NCBI GenBank assembly: GCA_007131205.1
Contig: SLQZ01000062.1
Span: forward strand, 1 to 37,694
DNA from: Candidatus Woesearchaeota archaeon
Lineage (GTDB): Archaea; Nanobdellota; Nanobdellia; Woesearchaeales; 21-14-0-10-32-9
Direction of reading: 5' to 3'
DNA length: 37,694 nucleotides
The notes beneath the pieces are model-generated. The model was not told the origin of the DNA. It saw nothing but the letters and a program-made list of their open reading frames with translations, and made no database searches. Made by a program: the position numbers and the translations under genes. This document shows positions 7,474-15,937 of this stretch, piece after piece (position 1 is the stretch's first letter; the number at the start of each line of letters is the position of its first letter).

Positions 7474-8043
7474 ATGGGATACCTAAAATACTTAAAGGAA
7501 ACCTGGAATAAACAAGGAAAAGAATTCTCAGAGCTAATGAACTCGAGGCTCATAGCATGGAGAAAAGAGCCGGTAATGGTAAGGATTGAAAAGCCTACAA
7601 GGATTGACAGGGCTAGAAGCCTGGGCTACAAGGCCAAGCCTGGATTCGTGATTGTAAGGCATAAAATGGCGAGGGGCGGAAAGCAAAGGCCTGACATAAA
7701 AGGAGGAAGAAGGACAAAGGCATCAAGGCAATGGCTTACGCTTGACAAGAATTACCAGCAATTATCAGAAGAGAGAGTTAGTAAGAGGCATCCTAACTGT
7801 GAAGTTCTCGGAAGCTATTTCCTTGTTGATGACGGAAAACACATCTGGCACGAAGTCATCTTGGTAGACAGGGATAACCCTAACGTGTACATGAACAAGA
7901 ACACAGCGTGGGCCAGGGATACAAAAGGCAAGGCATACAGGGGAATTACTAGTGCAGCAAGGAAATCCAGAGGCCTTAGAAGGAAAGGAACTGGAAGTGA
8001 AAAAACAAGGCCTAGCCTAGGTGCTAATAAAGGACGGCATTAA
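7474..8043 (+). CDS. rpl15e: Ribosomal protein L15e (eL15)
   Basis: MGYLKYLKETW...RLIAWRKEPVMVRIEKPTRIDRARSLGYKAKPGFVIVR...GGRR. Confidence 0.9.
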   Translation: MGYLKYLKETWNKQGKEFSELMNSRLIAWRKEPVMVRIEKPTRIDRARSLGYKAKPGFVIVRHKMARGGKQRPDIKGGRRTKASRQWLTLDKNYQQLSEERVSKRHPNCEVLGSYFLVDDGKHIWHEVILVDRDNPNVYMNKNTAWARDTKGKAYRGITSAARKSRGLRRKGTGSEKTRPSLGANKGRH

Positions 8044-8057
8044 CCATTTCTTTTTTC

Positions 8058-8216
8058 TTAGTTTTCTTCTGTGTATTGCCGTTCCAAGTAATCGTTGTAC
8101 TCCTGTTCGGGCAAAGAAACTATTTCCCTGTAAACGGTGACTTTAGCGCCGCAGTTCAACTTCCTAACCACTCTTTGGACATGTATGTCATGCAACTCAA
8201 CCAACCCCCTAACCAT
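8058..8216 (-). CDS. Possible small ORF (52 aa), unknown function
   Basis: Hand translation gives MVRGLVELHDIHVQRVVRKLNCGAKVTVYREIVSLPEQEYNDYLERQYTEEN*. It is co-oriented downstream of DUF655. No clear SD. Below the ORF-track cutoff. Confidence 0.25.
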   Translation of the reverse strand: MVRGLVELHDIHVQRVVRKLNCGAKVTVYREIVSLPEQEYNDYLERQYTEEN

Positions 8217-8257
8217 AACGTTAGCACTACATGTTTATATGTTTTAATGAAGAAAAA

Positions 8258-8818
8258 TCACCTGCCAACAAACAAGTAATGCTTTTCCTTGCCGCTAAGC
8301 TCTTCAAATATCCTCTTAGCAATAATTTTTTCGGGGTTAGAAATAAGCTTGACCCGCTTCTTCACGTCTTCAAATGACTTGAAAGGCTCTTCTTTTCTTT
8401 GCTCTACTATCTCCACCATGTGCTTCTTGCCAACACCTGGAAGGAGCTCAATGATATGCATCCTCGTATTTAGAGGCTGGGCAGTGTTAAAAAAATTGAC
8501 GAACCTCGCCTCTTGCTCCTTAACAAGAACTATTATTGCGTGCTCAAGCTCCGACTTGGCTGTGCTGGTAAGCCTGTCAAAATGGAGCTTCCCGTTAATA
8601 TGATGGATCTTATCCCTTTTAGATTCCCCTATGTAAACATTCTCCAAGGGCTGCAAAAAAATTCCTTTTTTAGGCACGAGTTCCAATAAGACAAAGCTGC
8701 TCGTCCCTATTGCTTGAGCAATGGGCTTCTTGAGATGAGACGGAGTAGGGTCTGAGGCGTAGCCGTTAACAAGAAAATCCAGTACTATAGCTGTTTCCTC
8801 TTTTCTTCTTTGCATCAT
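8258..8818 (-). CDS. DUF655-family protein (OB-fold plus helix-hairpin-helix; conserved archaeal partner of rpoF/L21e)
   Basis: VLDFL..GY; ELLPGVGKKHM HhH motif. Canonical archaeal gene order L21e-rpoF-DUF655. Confidence 0.65.
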   Translation of the reverse strand: MMQRRKEETAIVLDFLVNGYASDPTPSHLKKPIAQAIGTSSFVLLELVPKKGIFLQPLENVYIGESKRDKIHHINGKLHFDRLTSTAKSELEHAIIVLVKEQEARFVNFFNTAQPLNTRMHIIELLPGVGKKHMVEIVEQRKEEPFKSFEDVKKRVKLISNPEKIIAKRIFEELSGKEKHYLFVGR

Positions 8819-8858
8819 ATTGAAACCCCCTCAAAACAATTATTTATTACCATGCAAG

Positions 8859-8866
8859 TTTATAAA
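8859..8866 (-). promoter_or_regulatory. TATA box (TTTATAAA) upstream of the DUF655 gene
   Basis: Palindromic TTTATAAA about 44 nt upstream of ATG 8818. GAGGGGGT SD lies between them. Confidence 0.4.
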
Positions 8867-8904
8867 TTTTGTGAAAACACCTTTTTTTAAGAACTTAGCA
8901 AGCC

Positions 8905-9252
8905 CTACTTCCTATAATCCTTAACAGCCTTCACAATATTAGCCATGTTCTCCTTGCTAACTGTTAAGGCATACCCCTGAAGTACCAAGCTTAAATCCTC
9001 TACTGAAACAGGCAGCAAATCAACTATTTTAACTATGTGCTCATCTTTAAGCCTTGGAACGTTTAAGTCCTCGAGCTTCTTCTTAAGCTCCGCACAGGCA
9101 GTCTTGCTCAATGAAGAAAAAGAGTTAACATAATCCTGTGTCTTGCCAGCCCTAAAACTTAGTTCGCCATCCCTCTTTGAGACGAGGGCTATCTCTGCCT
9201 TTAACTCTGATAATGATAACGGCTTCTTCTCAATTATTTCAATTCTTGACAT
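8905..9252 (-). CDS. rpoF: DNA-directed RNA polymerase subunit F (Rpo4)
   Basis: ~115-aa protein in the conserved position between L21e and DUF655, with the pattern LS.SE.K......R.....F.....T..Y...F. ATG 9252 with upstream AAGGTG. Confidence 0.65.
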   Translation of the reverse strand: MSRIEIIEKKPLSLSELKAEIALVSKRDGELSFRAGKTQDYVNSFSSLSKTACAELKKKLEDLNVPRLKDEHIVKIVDLLPVSVEDLSLVLQGYALTVSKENMANIVKAVKDYRK

Positions 9253-9275
9253 AACACCACACACCTTTTCTTGCC

Positions 9276-9563
9276 TTAAAGCCTTTTCAAATGCACAGGA
9301 TGAACCAAGACTTTCTTCTCCTTGCCTAAATCCATTACTTTAATTTCATAGCAAGACCCTTTCTTGGAGCCTACAACACCTGTTTTTCCGATGAACCTCG
9401 GGTGATAAGTGCCTTCGTGGACAGCGGGCTCAACAGTTAAGGCCACCCGGTCGCCCTGCTTAAACTCTGCTAAGTAATTCTTAGCGCTTATCTTGCCTCT
9501 CCGCTTACTTGACTTGGTAAAAACGGATGATGTCTTCCTCCTAGGGCCTCCTACTCTTGCCAT
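9276..9563 (-). CDS. rpl21e: Ribosomal protein L21e (eL21)
   Basis: From internal ATG 9563: MARVGGPRRKTSSVFTKSSKRRGK...FKQGDRVALTVEPAVHEGTYHPRFIGKTGVV...YEIKV. The upstream part of the 141-aa ORF is an Arg-rich read-through overlapping L11. Confidence 0.85.
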   Translation of the reverse strand: MARVGGPRRKTSSVFTKSSKRRGKISAKNYLAEFKQGDRVALTVEPAVHEGTYHPRFIGKTGVVGSKKGSCYEIKVMDLGKEKKVLVHPVHLKRL

Positions 9564-9576
9564 TTTATTATACCTA

Positions 9577-10305
9577 TCACTTCTTCTGTGCGGGCTTCGC
9601 ATCCGCAGGGGCTGCTTGTTTTGGCGCAACCTTATTAATAATTTCTTCTGGGATGCCCGCTGCTTCCATTGCCTTCCTAGCCTGGTCCGGCTTATCCTCA
9701 TGCTCCTTTAATATTCCTTGGGCAGCCTTCTCGAACTGAGCCCTCTTAGCCTCAAGCTCTTGCTGCATTTTCTTCCTTTCTTCCTCTAACTCTTTTTGCT
9801 CTTCAGCAGTAATCTCGGTTTTCTCTTCCTTGATTTCCTTATCAAACCTGCCTTGCTCCACAAGGGTTATAGCCTCTGCTGCTGGCACTTCCTCAACCTT
9901 AACGCCGAGTGACCTGCAGGTTCCAATTACTTCTTTTACCTTTTCCTTGAGCGTTTTTCCTGTAAGCGAATCCTCTTTCATCTTTGCAATCTTTATTACC
10001 TGCTCTATCTTCAAGTCACCCACAAAATCTGTTTGGGGCCTTCCAGAGCCTTTATCAACGCCAGCCTCTTTTTTTACAAGAGCTGAAGCAGGCGGGGTTC
10101 CAATGGAAATATTATATTCTTTAGTATCAGAATCAACGGTGACCTTAACAGGAACCTGCATTCCCTTAAAGCTGCCGGTTTTCTTGTTAATATCAGCAAT
10201 AACTTGCCCGATATTTACACCTAGCGGCCCGAGCGCAGGGCCTAGAGGCGGAGCAGCTGTTGCCTTTCCTCCCTCTATTAATACGTCTACTGATGTTGAA
10301 GCCAT
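9577..10305 (-). CDS. rpl11: Ribosomal protein L11 (uL11) with ~80-aa charged/Ala-Pro-rich C-terminal extension
   Basis: GGKATAAPPLGPALGPLGVNIGQV..IN..T..FKGMQVPVKV...GTPPAS. The core ends near aa 160, then EEKTEITAEEQKELEEERKK...APKQAAPADAKPAQKK. Confidence 0.9.
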   Translation of the reverse strand: MASTSVDVLIEGGKATAAPPLGPALGPLGVNIGQVIADINKKTGSFKGMQVPVKVTVDSDTKEYNISIGTPPASALVKKEAGVDKGSGRPQTDFVGDLKIEQVIKIAKMKEDSLTGKTLKEKVKEVIGTCRSLGVKVEEVPAAEAITLVEQGRFDKEIKEEKTEITAEEQKELEEERKKMQQELEAKRAQFEKAAQGILKEHEDKPDQARKAMEAAGIPEEIINKVAPKQAAPADAKPAQKK

Positions 10306-10366
10306 CTTTCATCTCTCCGTGTATGCCGGAATAACAATTTATTTATAAAGCTTTCTCAGGAGAAAA

Positions 10367-10942
10367 CTATTCATCCCTTCTTATAACTTTGACTGCATCC
10401 ATTTTAAGGGTGATTGGAATAGGAACTGCGGCTTCTAATAACTCAACAACCACTTCTTCCTTAGCCTTGTCCACCCTCGTAATCTTGCATTGCTCCCTCT
10501 TAAAGGGGCCGCTAATGATTTCAGCAATATCATTTTTCCTGATGTTAACATCTTTCTTAGCCTGCTCAAGCATATGCTCGATTTCGCTGTATGAAACTTC
10601 GTTAGGCAGCAAGCCCCTTGCGTACGGAACACCGTATGAAGCCTGCTCAGCGTCACTTCTAGAGTCTGATTCTAGGAATATGTACCCTCTCATGCCATGA
10701 GGCCTGATAACGGAATGAACACCTACTTTCTTTCTTGTTACGTTGCTTGAAACGAAGCTCATAACCTGGTCTTCCCTGTTAGCGGTAACCCTCAATGCGA
10801 ATATCTTCGTGTTGATATCTTGCTTCTCATCAGATTCCTTGCCTTGATTTTCTTCTTTGGATTCCTCTTCATCCATCTCCTTAATCCTTTGAAGCTCTTC
10901 TTCATCTGGCTTGTTCTTCTTAAGTATTTTTTCATCATCCAT
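10367..10942 (-). CDS. spt5: Transcription elongation factor Spt5 (NusG) with acidic N-terminal extension
   Basis: IFALRVTANRED (NGN domain), GYIFLE, and a KOW region (IAEIISGPFKREQCKITRVD). ATG 10942. The first ~45 aa are D/E/K-rich. Confidence 0.85.
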   Translation of the reverse strand: MDDEKILKKNKPDEEELQRIKEMDEEESKEENQGKESDEKQDINTKIFALRVTANREDQVMSFVSSNVTRKKVGVHSVIRPHGMRGYIFLESDSRSDAEQASYGVPYARGLLPNEVSYSEIEHMLEQAKKDVNIRKNDIAEIISGPFKREQCKITRVDKAKEEVVVELLEAAVPIPITLKMDAVKVIRRDE

Positions 10943-10969
10943 TTTTATTGCCTCAAACCCCAAAAAAAA

Positions 10970-11230
10970 TTATTTTTTTATGAAAAGGAAAAAAACCACT
11001 AGTGAAATAACCGTAACAGCAACAATCATTATGCCTACGCCGTCGCTAAACCAACTATCGCCGAGCTCTTTAGCCATATGCAGCAAGAACCCTATTAATC
11101 CAATGAAAGCTATGCCTATCCCTGAAACTTTCACTATTGTCTTGTACTCTTCCCTTGTCGGCTTCTTCGTTACACGCAGAACCCTTCTTGATTCTGTTAC
11201 GAAATTCTTAAATCTTTCAGCATAACTCAT
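10970..11230 (-). CDS. secE: Preprotein translocase subunit SecE (Sec61 gamma) with an extra C-terminal hydrophobic segment
   Basis: RVLRVTKKPTREEYKTIVKVSGIGIAFIGLIGFLLH matches SecE. Conserved ftsZ-secE-spt5-L11 order. Start ATG 11230 or 11239. Confidence 0.75.
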   Translation of the reverse strand: MSYAERFKNFVTESRRVLRVTKKPTREEYKTIVKVSGIGIAFIGLIGFLLHMAKELGDSWFSDGVGIMIVAVTVISLVVFFLFIKK

Positions 11231-11255
11231 TTTTATCATCCACAATAATTAATTT

Positions 11256-12356
11256 TTAGTCTACAAATGTTATTCCGAGCTCAGATTCTGCTTCTTTCCT
11301 CTTGTTAGTTTCTGATTTTGCAAAGCCCCCAGCGATTATCTGGCTGGATTTCACGCCGGTAACAACAATCATAACTTTTATGGAGCCTTCTAAGTCATCT
11401 GAAATCTGTGCTCCCCAAATCATCCTTGCATCTTCGTCAAGCTTCTCAGATACTTTTTCTACTACTTTTCTCGCTTCCTCTAAAGTCATGTCGTTGCCGC
11501 CAGCAACGTTTATCAGTGCGCCATTAGCACCTGTGATATCGACGTCAAGCAAAGGATTGTTTATTGCTTTCTCCACGGCTTCAACGGAGCGGTTATCCGA
11601 ATCAGATTCCCCAACTCCTATCAATGCTACGCCTCCATCACCCATGACAGTCCTGATATCTGCAAAGTCAAGATTGACAAGGCCTGCCTTCGTGACGAGT
11701 TCCGCAACGCCCTTAACCGCGTTAGTCAGTATTTCGTCTGCGATCTTAAAAGCTGTATGCAATGGCAGGTCCGGTGCAAGCTCTAAGAGCTTATCATTCG
11801 GTATTACTATGAGTGTATCAACATTTTTCTTTAGTGAGTCCAATCCCATTATCGCGTTTTCGTACCTTCTCTGGCCTTCCATCTTAAAAGGAATTGTTAC
11901 TATCCCCACGGTTAGAGCTCCTGTTCTTTTGGCCATTTCGGCAACTATTGGTGCTGAGCCCGTTCCGGTTCCTCCACCTAAGCCGCATGTTATGAATACC
12001 ATATCTGCACCGGCTATTGCCTGCTTTATGTCATGCTCGGATTCACGTGCGGCTTCTTCGCCGAGCTTAGGGATTCCTCCCGCGCCCAATCCTTTGGTGG
12101 TATCCCTTCCTATGAGTATCTTCCTGTCAGCTGACGTGTAAAGCAGGTCCTGGGCATCCGTGTTTATGCCTACGGTCTCCGCGCCAACTATACCTATTTC
12201 GGTTATCCTGTTTATGGTGTTATTCCCGCCTCCGCCGCAACCGAACACTTTTATCTTGGCTTTTTGCTTGCTTAAGAGCTCTTCCAGCTCTGCGTCAAGC
12301 GCATTGTTCTTGCTTTGTACGTCGGCTCCTTTTACTTCTTTAATAGTATAGGTCAT
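11256..12356 (-). CDS. ftsZ: Cell division GTPase FtsZ
   Basis: [24 protein letters not shown] (tubulin signature), NDKLL. Confidence 0.95.
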   Translation of the reverse strand: MTYTIKEVKGADVQSKNNALDAELEELLSKQKAKIKVFGCGGGGNNTINRITEIGIVGAETVGINTDAQDLLYTSADRKILIGRDTTKGLGAGGIPKLGEEAARESEHDIKQAIAGADMVFITCGLGGGTGTGSAPIVAEMAKRTGALTVGIVTIPFKMEGQRRYENAIMGLDSLKKNVDTLIVIPNDKLLELAPDLPLHTAFKIADEILTNAVKGVAELVTKAGLVNLDFADIRTVMGDGGVALIGVGESDSDNRSVEAVEKAINNPLLDVDITGANGALINVAGGNDMTLEEARKVVEKVSEKLDEDARMIWGAQISDDLEGSIKVMIVVTGVKSSQIIAGGFAKSETNKRKEAESELGITFVD

Positions 12357-12428
12357 TGATTAACCCTCCTTAGTTTTGCTGAAAGGCTTTTCCCCTTCGC
12401 CTTAATGATTTTTTGTGCATCTGAATAT

Positions 12429-13145
12429 TTAAACTTTGTTATTCTCTTTAGATTCTTTCTTCTTCTCTTCTTTGCCTTTAGCTTTGAACTCTGCTTCAAT
12501 GCCCAAAATTCTCTTTATGTCTTCACTGAGCATTTTAAGGTATTGCTCCGGGATTTCTTGTAGTAGTGTTATTACTGCTTTTCCTTCTTTTGCTTCTGCT
12601 TTTTCGTAAGGAATCCTAATGATGTCAAGAATTGACTTTACTTTTTCTTCGGTATCCTCTATTTTTTTCTTTATGTTTAAGTCGTAAACCACTTCTTTTC
12701 CTGCTAAAGGATGGTTAAAATCCACTATTACCCTTCCTCCGCTTACATTCCTCACAGTTCCGAGTTGGTTGTCTATGTTTAGCTGCAAGCCTATGTATGG
12801 CTGAATATTTTGCTTTTTAAAGACGTTCATAGGTATTAATTTTAGCTGCTTTGGGTTCTTCTTGCCGTAAGCTTCGTCAACAGAAAGCTTTACCTCGTGC
12901 TTGCCAAGAGTAAGGCCTTCAAGCTTTTTGTCAAGGCCGGAAAGAACGTGTTTTTCTCCTACGCAGATCTTTATGGGCTTGTACTCTTCCTCGTGGCTAT
13001 GGTCATAAGACTTGTCAGGGCTGTGTTCGTGTACGAGGCCTGCTTTTTCAGCTTCTTTTAAAATAGTGGTGTCGTAAACTTGGTTGTCATCAGCAGTCCT
13101 GGCTGTGTACTCGAGCTCTACGAAGTCGCCTTTTTTTATCGTCAT
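12429..13145 (-). CDS. FKBP-type peptidyl-prolyl cis-trans isomerase (long archaeal SlyD/FKBP26-like) with K/E tail
   Basis: KKGDFVELEYTAR, GLDKKLEGLTLGK, VDFNHPLAGKEVVYDLNI. Confidence 0.8.
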   Translation of the reverse strand: MTIKKGDFVELEYTARTADDNQVYDTTILKEAEKAGLVHEHSPDKSYDHSHEEEYKPIKICVGEKHVLSGLDKKLEGLTLGKHEVKLSVDEAYGKKNPKQLKLIPMNVFKKQNIQPYIGLQLNIDNQLGTVRNVSGGRVIVDFNHPLAGKEVVYDLNIKKKIEDTEEKVKSILDIIRIPYEKAEAKEGKAVITLLQEIPEQYLKMLSEDIKRILGIEAEFKAKGKEEKKKESKENNKV

Positions 13146-13407
13146 TAGTCTTCCTCTTGTTTTCCCTGGCTGAAGGCTTCAAGCTGGCTGCCGTTAAACC
13201 TTTCAGAGAGAATTGGGCTTTTGTTAGAGGATGGACTCGACGGCGTTTTATAAATGTTTCGAATTAGGGTTTAGATAGGATATTTGCTCTTCATTAGTTG
13301 TTTTTTGAAAGGTCAATTTTTTCCGGTTTCTTCCGTTGTTTTTCCGGTTTCCTCTTCGGAATTATTTTTAAGCAGTTTGATTCTTCTTATTGAGGAGGTT
13401 GATAATC

Positions 13408-13839
13408 ATGAGTATAGATTCATATTTGAAATCAAGGGCAGAAGAACTAAGAGGTCTTGCGCTGTCAAAGGAAGGTACAGATATGTATTTGGTTATAGAT
13501 AGCCTTGCAAGAATGTACGAATCCAGAAATAAAAACAGCAAAGATAACATGGTTTTGGCGGATTCTTCAAAGAATTTTTACAACACCATAAGATTCATCG
13601 AGGAATACTTACTTGACAATAATAGGGATAACGACTATTTAGAGTCTCGTATCAATCTTTTAGAGGAACTTCCTGGAATCGGAAAAGGCAATAGTTTCGG
13701 CTTTCTAATATTTTACAATTTACTATCAGGAAATATTAAGAAGAAAGATGACAAAAAAGACGAATACGCATGTGTAAACGATATTGAAAACATAGTAATA
13801 AATGAAGAAATAAGGAAAATGACAGGTAAACCGGCTTAA
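13408..13839 (+). CDS. Hypothetical protein with a helix-hairpin-helix-like LPGIGKG motif
   Basis: ATG 13408 is preceded by GAGGAGGT. LLEELPGIGKGNSF resembles an HhH motif. No family recognised. Confidence 0.4.
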   Translation: MSIDSYLKSRAEELRGLALSKEGTDMYLVIDSLARMYESRNKNSKDNMVLADSSKNFYNTIRFIEEYLLDNNRDNDYLESRINLLEELPGIGKGNSFGFLIFYNLLSGNIKKKDDKKDEYACVNDIENIVINEEIRKMTGKPA

Positions 13840-13890
13840 AATTGTTTTTAATTGTAAAATTATTTATACCCTGTGCTTTTCTCCTGTGGT

Positions 13891-14856
13891 ATGGATGAGG
13901 ATAACAGCCAAATAGATTACCTTAAGAATGAGCTTAAGCCGTTGTTCGTGGAGCACTACAAGGAATTATTAGGAAATGAATACGAGGAATTCGTAAGGGC
14001 TTCTTCTGAGTACCAGCGCAAAGCGGTAAGGGTAAATACTCTTAAGAAAAGCGTTGAAGAAATAAGGGAGCGGCTAGAGGAAAAATGGGTTCTTGAACAA
14101 GTGCCGTGGTGCGCTGAGGGCTTTTGGATGAAGTACAGGGACGGGAAAAGGTTTGATATTGGGAATACGCCGGAACACCAATTAGGCTACATCTACGTCC
14201 AGGATGCAGCATCAATGATACCTGTAGAAGTGTTGAATCCTTCTCCTGGAGACATAGTACTGGATATGTGCGCAGCCCCAGGAAGCAAGACAAGCCAGAT
14301 AGCGCAGAAAATGGGTAATAAAGGATTGCTTGTTGCAAATGACGCGGACGGGAAAAGGCTGGGTGCTCTCGGGATAAACTTGCAGAGAATGGGAATTCAT
14401 AATTCTATGATTACAAGAATGGAAGGATTCCACGTGAAAAAACAAGGGGAGGGCTTTGACAAAATACTCGTAGACGCTCCATGCACAGGAACAGGGACTA
14501 TAATGAAAACTTATAAAGTCATCGGGATGTGGAGCCACTCATTAATTGACAGGATGAAAAGAATACAATATAAGCTTGCAAGCCACGCATTCACGTTGCT
14601 AAAGCCAGGCGGAACCATGGTTTATAGCACTTGCACTTTAGAGCCAGAGGAAAACGAAGGAGTAATCACAAAGCTATTAAAAAAACATCCTGAAGCTGAA
14701 CTGCTAGATATAAAATTCAGCGGAAAGAAAAGCCAGCCCGTTACAGAGTTTAAAGGAAACAAGTATGATCCAAACGTAAAAAAATGCTTAAGAATCCACC
14801 CACAGGATAACGGCACAGAAGGATTCTTCGTGGCAAAAATAAAGAAAAACAATTAA
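13891..14856 (+). CDS. RNA (tRNA/rRNA) cytosine-C5 methyltransferase, NOL1/NOP2/Sun family
   Basis: DMCAAPGSKT (SAM motif I), ILVDAPCTGTG (motif IV, PC), YSTCTLEPEENE (motif VI, TC). Confidence 0.85.
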   Translation: MDEDNSQIDYLKNELKPLFVEHYKELLGNEYEEFVRASSEYQRKAVRVNTLKKSVEEIRERLEEKWVLEQVPWCAEGFWMKYRDGKRFDIGNTPEHQLGYIYVQDAASMIPVEVLNPSPGDIVLDMCAAPGSKTSQIAQKMGNKGLLVANDADGKRLGALGINLQRMGIHNSMITRMEGFHVKKQGEGFDKILVDAPCTGTGTIMKTYKVIGMWSHSLIDRMKRIQYKLASHAFTLLKPGGTMVYSTCTLEPEENEGVITKLLKKHPEAELLDIKFSGKKSQPVTEFKGNKYDPNVKKCLRIHPQDNGTEGFFVAKIKKNN

Positions 14857-14903
14857 AAATCCCGAACAACTCACAAATAAACAGAAAACAGATGTGAAAA
14901 AAA

Positions 14904-15539
14904 ATGGTTTTAGCAAAAATCATCATCGGATTATTCTCAATAGCAATTCTGTACATAACCACCATTTTTTTACTGTCAAGACTATTCATACCAAACATAG
15001 GGTTTAAGAGAAAAATCAAAGAAAAACTGCCAAGAGACGCAAAGAAAAAGCTTATAGAAATAAAAAAATCCTCGAAGAACAAGAAAGAAGCCCTAAAAAA
15101 AGTAATAGACTACCAACTATCCATTTTTTACTCGGAGATGAGACAAGCCTTCCCCAGGTTCAAATTCTTATTCGAATCAAGCTTTAACAAATTATGGAAA
15201 AAGAAAGGATTCTTGCACTGCCACCAACAAAACTTTGTACTGCGAAGACTATTACTAGGAACAAAGATGTTTGAGGAGAAAGACATCAAGCTAAAGCACA
15301 CATTCTGCTACCTAAACATACACCAATACCTAAAAATAAATATAGGCAAAAAGAAAAAAGAATGGATAAACGTAGACGCGTTCGCGATGAGCTTAGGCTA
15401 CAATTTAGGAGAAGTGTTGCCTAATTTTGCTTATCCAAGCATGAAAGCACGCGGGATAAACCCGTTACGAGACCCAATAAAAAGCAAGAAAATACTCGAA
15501 AAAACCACAATGCTCTCACTATTCCTGAAAAATAAATGA
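14904..15539 (+). CDS. Membrane-anchored protein with possible transglutaminase-like (Cys-His-Asp) core
   Basis: N-terminal TM (IIIGLFSIAILYITTIFLL). Then GFLHCHQQNFVLRRLL ... NIHQYLKI ... WINVDAF, with spacing compatible with a C-H-D papain/TGase-like triad. Weak, by eye only. Confidence 0.35.
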   Translation: MVLAKIIIGLFSIAILYITTIFLLSRLFIPNIGFKRKIKEKLPRDAKKKLIEIKKSSKNKKEALKKVIDYQLSIFYSEMRQAFPRFKFLFESSFNKLWKKKGFLHCHQQNFVLRRLLLGTKMFEEKDIKLKHTFCYLNIHQYLKINIGKKKKEWINVDAFAMSLGYNLGEVLPNFAYPSMKARGINPLRDPIKSKKILEKTTMLSLFLKNK

Positions 15540-15937
15540 AAAAAAAACATGTATTGGAAGGAGAATACATAATTTACGAGTACGGAACACAAGACTATAC
15601 TGGTGAAGGATGGGCATTAGCACTCTACAAGCTGGAAGGCAATGAATTACAAGAAATATACCATCCTGTAGATAATGAGAGCGAGCCAAGCAACATAGGC
15701 GAGCAAAACATAGAAGAACTGATAAATGTTATGATAAAAAAAAATATTAGAAAAGTCTACACGGTGTTTCACCTACAAGAATTCTACAGAATCCCCAGTA
15801 ACTGGTTTAGCCTACAAGAACAAGACACAGAAGAAATAGAGTTATGGGCAGAATACAAATCCATAGAAAAAGATGGCTATGAGCACCAAAGGTTAAAAGA
15901 AAACGGAATAGAACTGCTCTTCCACGAAGAAAAATAA
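15536..15937 (+). CDS. Hypothetical acidic protein, no recognisable domain
   Basis: 133-aa ORF. ATGA overlap with the upstream gene; the stop directly abuts the downstream ATG. Confidence 0.4.
   Translation: MKKKHVLEGEYIIYEYGTQDYTGEGWALALYKLEGNELQEIYHPVDNESEPSNIGEQNIEELINVMIKKNIRKVYTVFHLQEFYRIPSNWFSLQEQDTEEIELWAEYKSIEKDGYEHQRLKENGIELLFHEEK

Noticed and set aside
8076-8279. 67-aa plus-strand ORF in the L15e/DUF655 gap
   Set aside because: Poor composition, no SD or TATA, and it runs into the 3' end of the DUF655 gene. The minus-strand 52-aa ORF is a slightly better, still weak, candidate.
11302-12141. 279-aa ORF antisense to ftsZ. Similar long antisense ORFs: 9830..10348 opposite L11, 5206..5706 opposite thioredoxin, 33607..34140 opposite HerA, and several opposite rpoA/rpoB.
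   Set aside because: These are Ser/Pro/Ala/Ile-rich shadow ORFs on the opposite strand of strongly recognisable conserved genes. They have no motifs or start-site signals.
13284-13502. 72-aa plus-strand ORF overlapping the start of the 13408 gene
   Set aside because: It begins in the T-rich leader containing the direct repeats and is out of frame with the SD-preceded ATG at 13408. It is likely non-coding.
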